From: Anaerolineales bacterium
GTDB lineage: Bacteria > Chloroflexota > Anaerolineae > Anaerolineales > UBA4823
Direction: 5' to 3'
DNA: 62,559 nt
NCBI GenBank assembly: GCA_046259385.1
Contig: JBJYWI010000138.1
Location: 1-62,559 of the forward strand
In this document: positions 38,887 to 48,634 of the stretch, piece after piece
How the letters are laid out: each line of letters starts with the position of its first letter
Position numbering within the stretch: position 1 is the first letter of the stretch
The notes under the pieces: generated by a model
The model's database searches: none
What the model saw: the letters and a program-made list of their open reading frames with translations, nothing else
Told to the model about the DNA's origin: nothing
Made by a program: the position numbers and the translations under genes

Positions 38887-40155
38887 ATGTTAATTCATTC
38901 AGCTAGACAGTTGATTACTCTGCAGGGAGGACCTCAGCGCGGTTCTGATCTCGGCAAGCTGGGTATTATCCCGGATGGGGCGATCTTATTCCGGGATGGC
39001 GTGATTCAGTCAGTCGGGACTTCGTCTGATTTGCTGTCCGCTTACCGGGACGAACCCCGCCTGGATGCAGGCGGCAGGGTTATAATGCCGGGTTTTGTCG
39101 ACCCGCATACTCATGCTGTTTGGGTTGGCGACCGGGCAGCTGAATTTGAAATGCGCCTGCGTGGAAAAACGTATCTGGAAATAATGGAAGAGGGCGGGGG
39201 CATTCTCTCCACTGTCAGGGAGACCAGAGCTGCCGGTGTGGAGAAAATGGTGGAGGAGACCGCTCCTAGGCTGCGGAGTATGCTTGCTTACGGTACAACC
39301 ACAACCGAGGTGAAGACAGGGTATGGTCTGGATAAGAGCACTGAATTGCGTATGCTGGAGGCGCTCATCGAACTGGATGCCGGTCAAGAGATTGATGTTG
39401 TGCCGACATACCTGGGTGCCCATGCTGTCCCCCCGGAATATGCGCATCAGCCGGACGATTACATTGAATTGATATGCAGCGAAGTTCTTCCTGAATTGAG
39501 TAAATGGTGGGACCATCACGTCTCTAGACGGGGCAAACCGTTTGTGGACGTTTTTTGTGAAGAAGGCGCTTTCAATCTCAGACAATCCAAACGTGTTCTT
39601 GAAGCAGCTAAAGACCTAAATTTCCCGATTAAGATACACTCGGATGAATTCATGAGTCTTGGCGGGACTCAGATGGCGGTCGATCTGGAGGCGGTCTCAG
39701 CGGATCATCTTGTTGCGTCCACGCCTGAGGATATCTTGGCGATTGGAAACAGCGAAACAGTGGCGGTCGCTTTGCCGTGCACACCTTTTGGACTGGGAAA
39801 AGCAGGTTATATGCCAGCGAAAGATATACTTTCTGCCGGCGGGTACCTGGCGGTTGCGACTGATTTAAATCCCGGAACTGCCTGGTGCGAGAGTATGCAA
39901 TTTGTAATTGCGCTTTCCTGCCGGTATTTGTCTTTGACCCCTGCTCAGGCGATCGCTGCAAGCACTATCAATGCCGCGAAAGCTGTCAGGTTGGAAAATA
40001 AGGTCGGTTCGCTTGAACCGGGAAAGCAGGCTGACATTATTATCCTGTCTTGCTCCGATTACCGCCACCTCGGTTACCGTTTTGGAACCAATCTGGTTGA
40101 AACGGTCATAAAGAACGGCCGGGTTGTTATTCCTTCCTCTCGTAAGCTAGTCTAA
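38887..40155 (+). CDS. hutI: Imidazolonepropionase
   Basis: PGFVDPHTH, EVKTGYGL, DVFCE, KIHSDE, SADHL, ATDLNPG. Confidence 0.92.
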   Translation: MLIHSARQLITLQGGPQRGSDLGKLGIIPDGAILFRDGVIQSVGTSSDLLSAYRDEPRLDAGGRVIMPGFVDPHTHAVWVGDRAAEFEMRLRGKTYLEIMEEGGGILSTVRETRAAGVEKMVEETAPRLRSMLAYGTTTTEVKTGYGLDKSTELRMLEALIELDAGQEIDVVPTYLGAHAVPPEYAHQPDDYIELICSEVLPELSKWWDHHVSRRGKPFVDVFCEEGAFNLRQSKRVLEAAKDLNFPIKIHSDEFMSLGGTQMAVDLEAVSADHLVASTPEDILAIGNSETVAVALPCTPFGLGKAGYMPAKDILSAGGYLAVATDLNPGTAWCESMQFVIALSCRYLSLTPAQAIAASTINAAKAVRLENKVGSLEPGKQADIIILSCSDYRHLGYRFGTNLVETVIKNGRVVIPSSRKLV

Positions 40156-40175
40156 AAATTACACCTTCTGAACTA

Positions 40176-40823
40176 ATGATGCCGACAATTGAAGAAGCGC
40201 AGGAATGGTATAAGAACAGCGACCCGGTACACGATTTTGATCATGTCCTCAGAGTTTACAAATTGGCTACCCGACTGGCCCAGCTGGAAGGCGCTGACAC
40301 AGAGATTGTGCAGGCTGCCGCGCTGCTACATGATGCTGACAACCACGAGGATCCTGAATCACAGGGTTGCGGCCGGGACGACCATCACCAGGCGTCGGCG
40401 GCGTTTGCAGGAAAATTGCTGTTGAAGGAAGGCTGGTTGCCTGAGAGAATCGCCGCAGTCCAGCATTGTATCGTCGCGCACCGCTTCAGGGATCAACTCA
40501 ATGAACCAGAGACGATCGAAGCAATGGTGTTGTTTGACGCTGACAAACTGGATGCGATTGGAGCGATTGGAGTCGCCCGGGCGGTAGCGTATGCCGCCCG
40601 AGCGAACCAACCGATATACACTGAACCATCCGAGCAGTTTGTTTTAGATGGTTTGAAAGAACCGGGGGAGAACCACAGCGCCTACCACGAATTTATTTTC
40701 AAACTGGCAAAAATTAAAGACCGTCTGTATACTGCTTCTGGCAAGCGTATGGCTGAAGAAAGGGACCGCTTCATGGAGGCATTCTTCATACGCCTTCAGG
40801 CTGAGATATCGGGGGACATTTGA
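40176..40823 (+). CDS. HD domain phosphohydrolase
   Basis: HDFDHVLRV, ALLHD, HRF, DADKLDAIGAIG. Confidence 0.88.
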   Translation: MMPTIEEAQEWYKNSDPVHDFDHVLRVYKLATRLAQLEGADTEIVQAAALLHDADNHEDPESQGCGRDDHHQASAAFAGKLLLKEGWLPERIAAVQHCIVAHRFRDQLNEPETIEAMVLFDADKLDAIGAIGVARAVAYAARANQPIYTEPSEQFVLDGLKEPGENHSAYHEFIFKLAKIKDRLYTASGKRMAEERDRFMEAFFIRLQAEISGDI

Positions 40824-40915
40824 CCGAAATCGAATCCGCTGTGAACAATCCAATAATTTCTTTAATACACTGAGTTACTGGATATTTGGATCAATAATTA
40901 TGTTTTCTGAAAAAG

Positions 40916-41749
40916 ATGGTTGATAGGGAAAATAGAAGAAAAAAAATGGTGCCGTCATTAAGTGAACTGGAACAGATAGCGCGCGCCGCTGGTGAAATAT
41001 TATGTGACGGATTTCAGAATCGTCCAGGCTATGATCGAGAGATTCAGATCGATTATAAGAGCGTGATCGATCCTGTCACAGAAATGGACCGCCGGGCGGA
41101 AGGGTTCATTTTAGCGGAAATCAAAGGTAAATACCCGCACCACCACATCATATCCGAGGAAAGTGGTGAAATATCCGGAGACGAAAATTGTTCGTGGTAC
41201 ATAGACCCTCTGGACGGGACCATAAATTACGCTCATGGGCTTCCAATTTTCTCGATTTCGATTGGTTTTGAGCTGGATAGAGTGATGCGACTGGGAGTTG
41301 TGTATAACCCGGTGCTGGACGAGTGTTTCAGCGCCGAGCTTGGTAAGGGGGCGTGGTTGAACGGCCAACCGGTTCGCGTTTCTAAAACCCGCGATCTGAG
41401 GCGCAGCCTACTGGTAACTGGATTCGCATACGACCGCCGCACAAATCCAGAAAATAACCTGGCGCAGTTCAACCGGCTGGCGTTGCTGGTCCAGGGAATT
41501 CGGCGGCTTGGATCAGCAGCTTTGGATTTATGTTACGTTGCAGCGGGCAGGCTTGATGGATTCTGGGAACTGCGCATTTCGCAGTGGGACTTGGCTGCGG
41601 GGGCGTTAATTGCCCGGGAAGCCGGAGCGGTAGTTACCGCTGCCGATGGGAGCCCGGATTATTTCACACCCCCATGTTCTGTGCTGGTTGCTAATCAGGA
41701 TCTTTATCCCCTGATCCTGGAAGCAATACTTAATACCGCGTTTACGTGA
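40916..41749 (+). CDS. suhB: Inositol monophosphatase family protein
   Basis: SEE, WYIDPLDGTINY, GSAALDLCYVAAG, WDLAAG; start may be 40946. Confidence 0.85.
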   Translation: MVDRENRRKKMVPSLSELEQIARAAGEILCDGFQNRPGYDREIQIDYKSVIDPVTEMDRRAEGFILAEIKGKYPHHHIISEESGEISGDENCSWYIDPLDGTINYAHGLPIFSISIGFELDRVMRLGVVYNPVLDECFSAELGKGAWLNGQPVRVSKTRDLRRSLLVTGFAYDRRTNPENNLAQFNRLALLVQGIRRLGSAALDLCYVAAGRLDGFWELRISQWDLAAGALIAREAGAVVTAADGSPDYFTPPCSVLVANQDLYPLILEAILNTAFT

Positions 41750-41779
41750 AAAGCCGGTTGATCAAAGGGTCTGTCAGCT

Positions 41780-42610
41780 TTAAGCCTCATTCAGCTGGTC
41801 CTCCCTGAGCAGATGGTCAATTTCTCCAAGATCAACACGGGCGGTTAAATCAAGGCTGATTGGTGTGACGCTGATATGCCGCTTAACCCGCAGTGTATAG
41901 ACGTCGGTGTTGTGGTCATCGCTGGTAGGGTTCCCCACCAACCGGTAGCCAAACTTGGCTGGTTTATCCCAGGATTCGCGTTGGGGCGGGATAGGTTCAA
42001 AATACCGGATGCGGGATAATTTGGTAACCTCCCATTCAGTCTCAGGATTTGCATCACAGGGGACATCCACTTTTAAAATATCCACATCGGGTGGAAAGCG
42101 GTTTTCCAGCAGCAGACGCCCGAAATGTGCGCAGAAAAAAGCTGCAGCTGAAAAATCAACTTCTTCGGAATATGAAAAATGGTGCTGCGGATCGGTTTCC
42201 AGTGATATCGCCAACGTGGCGACTCCGATCGTGGCAGCCTCCAGGGCTGCTCCGACTGTGCCGGAGGCGGTGATACCTGTCCCTACATTTTCGCCATAAT
42301 TAATTCCAGAAACAACCAGATCCGGAGGTTGGGGTAGGACTTCGTAAACTGCGTGCTGTACTGTCTGAGCAGGTGAACCGCCGATAGCATAGACTTCCCA
42401 GTCTTTCCCATGCACCCTGATATTGTGTATCTGGATTGAGCCATCGTAAGTGTGTGGGAAACTGCGGCCCATGCCGGAAGACTGTTCCTGCGGCGCAACT
42501 ACATGGACATAGCCAAGTAATGAGAGACTTTCAGCGGCTGCCCACAGGCCGGGGGATTTTATACCATCGTCGTTGGTGAGCAGAATTTGCGGTTTTTTAT
42601 TATTATTCAC
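41780..42610 (-). CDS. surE: 5'/3'-nucleotidase SurE
   Basis: ILLTNDDG, VVAP, SGINYGEN, SGTVGAA, ISVTP. Confidence 0.92.
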   Translation of the reverse strand: MNNNKKPQILLTNDDGIKSPGLWAAAESLSLLGYVHVVAPQEQSSGMGRSFPHTYDGSIQIHNIRVHGKDWEVYAIGGSPAQTVQHAVYEVLPQPPDLVVSGINYGENVGTGITASGTVGAALEAATIGVATLAISLETDPQHHFSYSEEVDFSAAAFFCAHFGRLLLENRFPPDVDILKVDVPCDANPETEWEVTKLSRIRYFEPIPPQRESWDKPAKFGYRLVGNPTSDDHNTDVYTLRVKRHISVTPISLDLTARVDLGEIDHLLREDQLNEA

Positions 42611-42637
42611 AGAAATATTTATACCTGTACATGTTGA

Positions 42638-43753
42638 TTAATCTGATAGGAGCTCAGGAAGCCAGCAAATTAACAAATCCGTATCTGTCGCTGCGTCCTT
42701 CATAAAGGAAGCGCACAAAGGAGAATCGCACACTACTGTCTCAGCGCCCAGCTTCTTTATATAATCTAGCCTCTGATTTGCCAACCCAAAAGCAAGTTCC
42801 GGGTAAGTTAGCCATAAGCCATCATCTGCGCCGCAGGATTTTGCCAGAGCCCGTGTCCACGTGTTGGGAAACCGTTCACAGCCCAAGGTGTCCAAAAGTT
42901 TACGGGGCGCGTCATATACCGGTCCATCTCCAAAATCGTTTTCGTTGGCGAGATATCCGGGAAGGATGGCAAGATGGCTCGGTAAGCTATCCGCGATTAA
43001 GTAAGCAGACCTGCTGTCGTGCACAAAGACCTTTCCTAGGGATTTTTTGTCTTGGTTGCTTTTACTTTTCAGGACTTCTGGAAGCAGGGTAATCATCAGG
43101 TCTTCAGGTAGATTCAGATCAAATGTGGGGTATACCTTCTTCAGCATCCAGGCAGTCTCGGGACTGTCGGCGATCACATTTCTGGCTCCCGATTTTTTTA
43201 TCCCTTCAACTACTTTCTTTGCTCGTTCACGCGACTCATCCCTTGCTCCGAGGGTGTATTCAATTGAACCTGTTGAGATGAGCCATGCAGGAATATTGTT
43301 TCCCGCTAATTGTAGTGTTCGCAGCATCTCAGCCTGATTGTTTTCCTGGATATGGACCAGCTCGCCTCCAAGAATGATGCTTTTATCCTGGCTTAATCTG
43401 GGAAATTCCTTCACTGGAGTACTTTTTAAAACGCCGATCACTTTGATAACATTTTGAGGCGCTAATCCAGCCTCCCAGACATCCGCACGGGCATCAAGCA
43501 TTATCTGGCTGATAGGGTAATGGAACACATCAAAAGCCTCGCTGATACTGTCCAGCGTGGATTGGTAAAGCAATTCCGCTTCCCTTGGCCCCCATTCAGC
43601 GAATCCCTTGCATATTCGCCACAACATGATCATCCTTGCGCGGGTGGTATGGCCTTCGAAATTTGTCAGGTTTGCTACCTCGCCGGCTGGTTTGCACATC
43701 GGTGAAAACCTCAGTTCATACAAATCCTTTTCATACTTGTTTAAACGTGCCAT
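42638..43753 (-). CDS. Degenerate (Fe-S)/CCG-domain protein, GlcF/HdrD-like, Cys-depleted
   Basis: Remnant motifs RFSPMC, HDS, KSCGA, CDSPLC; directly downstream of an FAD oxidoreductase. Confidence 0.6.
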   Translation of the reverse strand: MARLNKYEKDLYELRFSPMCKPAGEVANLTNFEGHTTRARMIMLWRICKGFAEWGPREAELLYQSTLDSISEAFDVFHYPISQIMLDARADVWEAGLAPQNVIKVIGVLKSTPVKEFPRLSQDKSIILGGELVHIQENNQAEMLRTLQLAGNNIPAWLISTGSIEYTLGARDESRERAKKVVEGIKKSGARNVIADSPETAWMLKKVYPTFDLNLPEDLMITLLPEVLKSKSNQDKKSLGKVFVHDSRSAYLIADSLPSHLAILPGYLANENDFGDGPVYDAPRKLLDTLGCERFPNTWTRALAKSCGADDGLWLTYPELAFGLANQRLDYIKKLGAETVVCDSPLCASFMKDAATDTDLLICWLPELLSD

Positions 43754-43775
43754 TTAATCATTACTCCATAAATGT

Positions 43776-45230
43776 TTATCTAGGTGGTCCAAATCCCATC
43801 TTTCCAGGATTCAAGAGATTGTAAGGGTCTAGCGAATCCTTCAACCCTTCCAGCACCTGGAAAGCTGGACCATATTGTTCCCGCATATGCCGGGCGAGTT
43901 TTAATCCTACGCCGTGATGTTCGTTGATAACCCCGCCGTACTCAAGGTTTACTTTAATCGCCAGATCCCATACTTCGTCATGCAAAGCAAGCGCCTCATC
44001 CACATCTTGAGGGGGGTTTTCGATGATGAAGCGGTCGTAAGCCATCACACCCCAGAGGTACCAGTGGGAAAAATGAGCGTAATAAAACAGGTCCCAGTCT
44101 TTGAAGCGCTCTTCCAGCGCGTTTTTCTTCGCCCAGTAAAGCCCTTCCAATTTGTCGTATGTTGAAACGGTATCCAGGGTCCCAAACATCCAGGGCAAAT
44201 CAAGCACCTTAGGAGGAAAGTAAAAGTCGTAGCGATGCTCCCACCACGTATTTCCAGCTTCTTCTCCCAGATCTTCTCCGTCAAACTGCTCGCAAATCCT
44301 GAACGCTCTTTTTTCCTGTTCGCTGACGATATTGTCCCAACCATCAAAACCAATTACCATGTATGCTCCGCTGCTGACATCCAAGCCCAGCACTCTGCGC
44401 ACGGTCTTTATCGTAGATCTTTCATCATACAAGCGGATTACCAGCGGCCAAAGCCGGTCGAGCATAATATTTCGACCAGCCTCCAGACCGGAGTGCATAT
44501 CAGGGAAAAGGAACGATCTGAAACGCCTCACTTCCGGTAGTTTTTCAATCCTCATTGTGGCTTCGGTTAGAATACCGAAACTGCCCTCTGCCCCAACAAA
44601 TAACTGCAGAATGCCCGGACCAGCGGCGTGGTTGGGAACCGGCAGGGTGCGGATAATATCCCCATTCGGCAGCACTACCTGAACTGAAAGCACCATATCC
44701 TCAGCTTTGCCGTATTTCGTCGAAACTGTTCCGGAACCCCGGCATGCCAGGTATCCGCCCAGCGTTGCAGAATGTACTGAAGCCGCATAGTGAGGGAGAG
44801 TCCAGCCTTCCCTGTTGAGGGCACTCTCCAGGTCAAATCCGTTGATGCCTCCCTGAGCGGTCACGGTGCCCGACGTGCTGTCGATATCGATAATTCTGTT
44901 CAGCCTCTTTAAATCCAGTATGATCCCGCCATACATTGGCATGGTGCCGCCCTGGGAACCGGATCCGCCGCCCCAGGGAGTTACAGGGATATGGTAATTA
45001 TTCGCCAGTTTAACCACCTCAGATACTTCTTCGACGCTGCCAGGTATCACAACTAGCTCAGGCAGCGGGGGCAATTTGCCCCGGTCGATAAGTACCCTCG
45101 GAACCCAGTAATAATCCACAGAGTAGGGAACAGCGTCTGCCTGAGCGGTGAACACGTTTTCGCGCCCAACGATCCCATGCAGCTCATGCAGAATCATTTT
45201 CAACTGAAGATCACTTATAGCCACTATCAT
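43776..45230 (-). CDS. FAD-binding oxidoreductase (VAO/PCMH family, alkyl-DHAP-synthase/GlcD-like)
   Basis: PWGGGSG, TLGG, GAEGSFGILT, HFSHWY, EHHGVG, LDPYNLLNPGK; start may be GTG 45224. Confidence 0.85.
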   Translation of the reverse strand: MIVAISDLQLKMILHELHGIVGRENVFTAQADAVPYSVDYYWVPRVLIDRGKLPPLPELVVIPGSVEEVSEVVKLANNYHIPVTPWGGGSGSQGGTMPMYGGIILDLKRLNRIIDIDSTSGTVTAQGGINGFDLESALNREGWTLPHYAASVHSATLGGYLACRGSGTVSTKYGKAEDMVLSVQVVLPNGDIIRTLPVPNHAAGPGILQLFVGAEGSFGILTEATMRIEKLPEVRRFRSFLFPDMHSGLEAGRNIMLDRLWPLVIRLYDERSTIKTVRRVLGLDVSSGAYMVIGFDGWDNIVSEQEKRAFRICEQFDGEDLGEEAGNTWWEHRYDFYFPPKVLDLPWMFGTLDTVSTYDKLEGLYWAKKNALEERFKDWDLFYYAHFSHWYLWGVMAYDRFIIENPPQDVDEALALHDEVWDLAIKVNLEYGGVINEHHGVGLKLARHMREQYGPAFQVLEGLKDSLDPYNLLNPGKMGFGPPR

Positions 45231-45468
45231 CCTCCAAAAGTTTATTACTCCTTATCCCTTTTTACCTCCTGAATCCACTTGAACCATCGGAAAAATTGAT
45301 CTATCAGGATGCAAAGTTAGATTGTATCATCTTAGTATCGGTACTCAAAGAAAATTCCATGTTCAAGGATGGATAAATCTGGTATCTTTGTGTCTGGACA
45401 GGCTGAAACGAACTCTTTTGCAACCCTAATTCTTCGTTGGTAAAGAATCCCGGTTGTTGCCTCAGCTC

Positions 45469-45496
45469 TAACTCACAGGGATATGATTGTGAGTTA
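45469..45496 (+). promoter_or_regulatory. Palindromic operator candidate overlapping a -10 box
   Basis: TAACTCACA-N10-TGTGAGTTA; the spacer contains TATGAT. Confidence 0.45.
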
Positions 45497-45531
45497 AATC
45501 ACCTATAAAAACAACGGAATAGGAGGTAAAA

Positions 45532-46701
45532 ATGCGGATTTTTGTTCTCGGTGGGGCTGGAAAGATGGGGTGTATCTCCGTCAAGGATTTAGCGAATGAT
45601 GAACGTGTGGACGAGATCATTATTGCTGATGTAAATCTGGAACAAGCCCGAACAGTCGCCGAATATTTGAATAGCCCAAAAATTCAGGTTCAGGAAGTGG
45701 ACATCAAAGATGAAGGCGGGTTCCAGAAAACACTGGAAGGCAGCCATGCATGTTTGAACGCAACAGTCTACTACACCAATCTGCAGGTCATGGAAGCCTG
45801 TTTGAAAGCCGGGGTGCCCTATACAGATATGGGCGGGTTGTTCCATGTGACCCGCAAACAGCTCGAGCTCAACAGCCGGTATAAAGCTGCAGGTCTCGCT
45901 GCGGTGCTGGGCCTCGGTTCCGCCCCGGGAGTTCCAAATGTCCAGGCGCGTTACGCTGCGGACAGGTTGGACACCATCGAGAGCATAAAAATTTATGATG
46001 GCATAAAACCTCCGCCGCCGGATGACTTGCGTTTTACGTACGCGGTAACCTCTATTTTGGACGAATTAACTGTTGAACCCATGGTTTTTGAGAACGGCGA
46101 GTTCGTCGCTAAAGAACCTTTAAGCGGTTTCGAAGATTACTGGTTCACACAACCGTTAGGGGTGCTCCCGATGCATTTCTCTCTCCATTCCGAGGTGGCC
46201 ACACTGCCGCTGACGTTCATGGATAAAGGTGTTAAGGAGTGCTTTTTTAAGATCAACTACTGGGGCATGGCAAAGGAAACGGTTGAAAAGGTACGTGTTT
46301 TGGCGGAGTTCGGGCTTGCGGCCCGGGAGCCGATTGAAGTGAAAGGAGTATCGGTTGTGCCGCGCGACCTGTTGATATCGATGCTCTCTGAGTATGTCCC
46401 GCCAATCACAGAATTTCTGGCGCAGCCGAAAACCCAGCCTCCCGACTGGGTAAAAGAGATCGTCACAGAGGTTCACGGCACAAAGGATGGAAAGGAATTA
46501 ACCTACCGGATGGGAACATTGACGTGCAAGGGCGCTTTGCCCACCGGTGTGGCTCCTGCAGTGGGATCTATCTGGCTTGCCGAAGGTCGTATACCACCGG
46601 GTGTATATCCTCCTGAGGCTGTCCTTGAACCGCAGCCGTTTTTCGAAGAACTGGAAAATCGCGGTATATACACACAAGCTGCCGTAACCAGCAGAGTGTA
46701 A
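45532..46701 (+). CDS. Saccharopine dehydrogenase family protein (copy 1)
   Basis: LGGAGKMG, YTDMGG, GLGSAPG, HSEVATLP, GVYPPE. Confidence 0.85.
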   Translation: MRIFVLGGAGKMGCISVKDLANDERVDEIIIADVNLEQARTVAEYLNSPKIQVQEVDIKDEGGFQKTLEGSHACLNATVYYTNLQVMEACLKAGVPYTDMGGLFHVTRKQLELNSRYKAAGLAAVLGLGSAPGVPNVQARYAADRLDTIESIKIYDGIKPPPPDDLRFTYAVTSILDELTVEPMVFENGEFVAKEPLSGFEDYWFTQPLGVLPMHFSLHSEVATLPLTFMDKGVKECFFKINYWGMAKETVEKVRVLAEFGLAAREPIEVKGVSVVPRDLLISMLSEYVPPITEFLAQPKTQPPDWVKEIVTEVHGTKDGKELTYRMGTLTCKGALPTGVAPAVGSIWLAEGRIPPGVYPPEAVLEPQPFFEELENRGIYTQAAVTSRV

Positions 46702-46844
46702 ATTTGGTTGTACCGGATTAATGCCCTTCACGAGATACTAATAAATTCTAGATTATTAAAACCGTGTAAATTTTAAAAATAATTTCTTTTAATTCAATAT
46801 ATACGTAATAATATATCCGATACCGTATTAATTTGTGCGTAAGA

Positions 46845-46873
46845 TTGACATTTCGGAAATTCTGGTTTATCCT
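46845..46873 (+). promoter_or_regulatory. Sigma70 promoter for the Lrp-family regulator
   Basis: TTGACA-17 nt-TATCCT in an AT-rich spacer. Confidence 0.55.
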
Positions 46874-46918
46874 GATATTCTCTGAATAAGCGAAATTCAC
46901 CAGCCAGGAAGGGAGTTC

Positions 46919-47440
46919 TTGGATAAACTTGACCGGACAGATTGGGGGATAATCTACCTGCTGAATAAAGATGGGCGCATGACCAGCGCGGAGATAGCCC
47001 GGCGCCTTGGTGATGTCTCTGCCCGGACAGTGACCAACCGGATTGAAGCCCTCACGGAACAGGGGATTATAAATATCGTCGCGATTGTTAACCCCGAAAA
47101 GGTTGGTTACGGTGTGATGGCCGATGTTTTTATCGAGGTGGAACCGGGGCAGGTGCGTTCAGTTGCTGAAAAGGCTGCTGAGTTTCCCCAAGTTACGTAT
47201 GTCGCCTGCGCGACCGGTGAATTGGACGTCAGTATTTCCATAAGGGTGCAGAGCATTGAAGAGCTTTTCAATTTTACGACCGAAAAATTGGGAAAGATCC
47301 CCGGTGTTCGCCGCACACAAACTTATCTCCTGCCGTTGAAAATAAAGGACCTTGATTCCTGGCTGCCCCCGGGAGTATTTGACCAATTGAGCCAGGGCGA
47401 TCTATTTGATCCAATTCTGGAAAATGAAAATCCAGGATGA
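46919..47440 (+). CDS. Lrp/AsnC family transcriptional regulator
   Basis: LDRTDWGII...DGRMTSAEIARRLG HTH; ATGELD; IPGVRRTQT. Confidence 0.92.
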   Translation: MDKLDRTDWGIIYLLNKDGRMTSAEIARRLGDVSARTVTNRIEALTEQGIINIVAIVNPEKVGYGVMADVFIEVEPGQVRSVAEKAAEFPQVTYVACATGELDVSISIRVQSIEELFNFTTEKLGKIPGVRRTQTYLLPLKIKDLDSWLPPGVFDQLSQGDLFDPILENENPG

Positions 47441-47574
47441 AGGTTTTATCCCGGATGACATGGTTTTTGTTGACTTGTTTTCAATTTTCTTAAATGAATC
47501 TTCATATAGAGATGGGTATTTTGCGGTCAAGCTGAAATCTTGGATTTAAGCTGAAGAGATGGAGGATATTGGTT

Positions 47575-48570
47575 ATGTCTGTCCCTGAAGAAATCCTTTA
47601 CCTAACTGATGTGGATGTCAAACAGACGTTGTCTGTGGCGGAGGCTGTCGATCTGGCGGAGAAGGGTATTAAAGCCGATGCGGCCGGTTTAGTAACAGGC
47701 GATAAATTCTATATGGATGTGGGCTCCAATGGATTCATCAAACCCTTCTCGGGCTATCTTGCAGGAGAGGAGTACGTGTTTATAAAAACATTCAGTTACT
47801 TTCCAAACAACCCGGCTAATTTCGATCGCCCCACCACCTCATCGATGGTGCTGCTTTTCGATGCTGAATCAGGGATGCCTGTTTGCACGATGGAAGCGAG
47901 TTATGTTACAGGGCTGAAGACCGCCGCTTCCACAGCGGTAACTGCTGCTTATCTGGCTAAAAGGGGCTCCAAAAAAGTGACCATTTTTGGAGCTGGCACA
48001 CTTGGAAGGCTGCATCTCCTTGCGCTTGCAGAGAGGTTTCAGCTCGAGCGGGCTTTCTATGTGGATATCCTGCCTGAAGTTGCCCAAAAATGCGCCCATG
48101 AACTCGAGTTGCGGCTGGGCTTTCCGGTTAAGGCAGTGCTGCTTGAAAACCGGGAAGGTGCAGTCAGGGAATCCGAGATAATTATCACTGTTACAACTGG
48201 AAACCAGGCTCTGGTCGAGTACGAGTGGCTGCAAACCGGTACTTTCATCGCCCGTCTAGGCTCATATCAGGAAGTGGCGCTGGAGGTTGTATTGAATGCC
48301 GACAAAGTAGTGGTGGATAACTGGCATTATGTCAATCCGCGTATCCCCGAGATTATCCATTTGGTCAACGAGGGTCGTTTCGGCGAGAGCAATATTTATG
48401 CTTCCTGGTCTGATATCGTCGGAGAAAGGATTCCTGGACGAGAAAATGATCAAGAAACGATCCTGTTTATTGCTCTGGGTATCTGGGGAGAATATGCTGC
48501 CATTTTACCTGAAGTTTATCGGCGGGCAAAAACTCAGGGATTGGGTCAGATCCTGCCCTGTTGTCTTTGA
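47575..48570 (+). CDS. Ornithine cyclodeaminase/mu-crystallin family protein
   Basis: LLFDAESG, TGLKTAA, FGAG, VVVD, GRENDQETILF; SD GGAGG. Confidence 0.85.
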   Translation: MSVPEEILYLTDVDVKQTLSVAEAVDLAEKGIKADAAGLVTGDKFYMDVGSNGFIKPFSGYLAGEEYVFIKTFSYFPNNPANFDRPTTSSMVLLFDAESGMPVCTMEASYVTGLKTAASTAVTAAYLAKRGSKKVTIFGAGTLGRLHLLALAERFQLERAFYVDILPEVAQKCAHELELRLGFPVKAVLLENREGAVRESEIIITVTTGNQALVEYEWLQTGTFIARLGSYQEVALEVVLNADKVVVDNWHYVNPRIPEIIHLVNEGRFGESNIYASWSDIVGERIPGRENDQETILFIALGIWGEYAAILPEVYRRAKTQGLGQILPCCL

Positions 48571-48634
48571 TTTTAACACTCCAGGTTTTTTTGGAAGAAA
48601 AAATTGTCGAATTAATTTATGAAAGGAGAATGAT

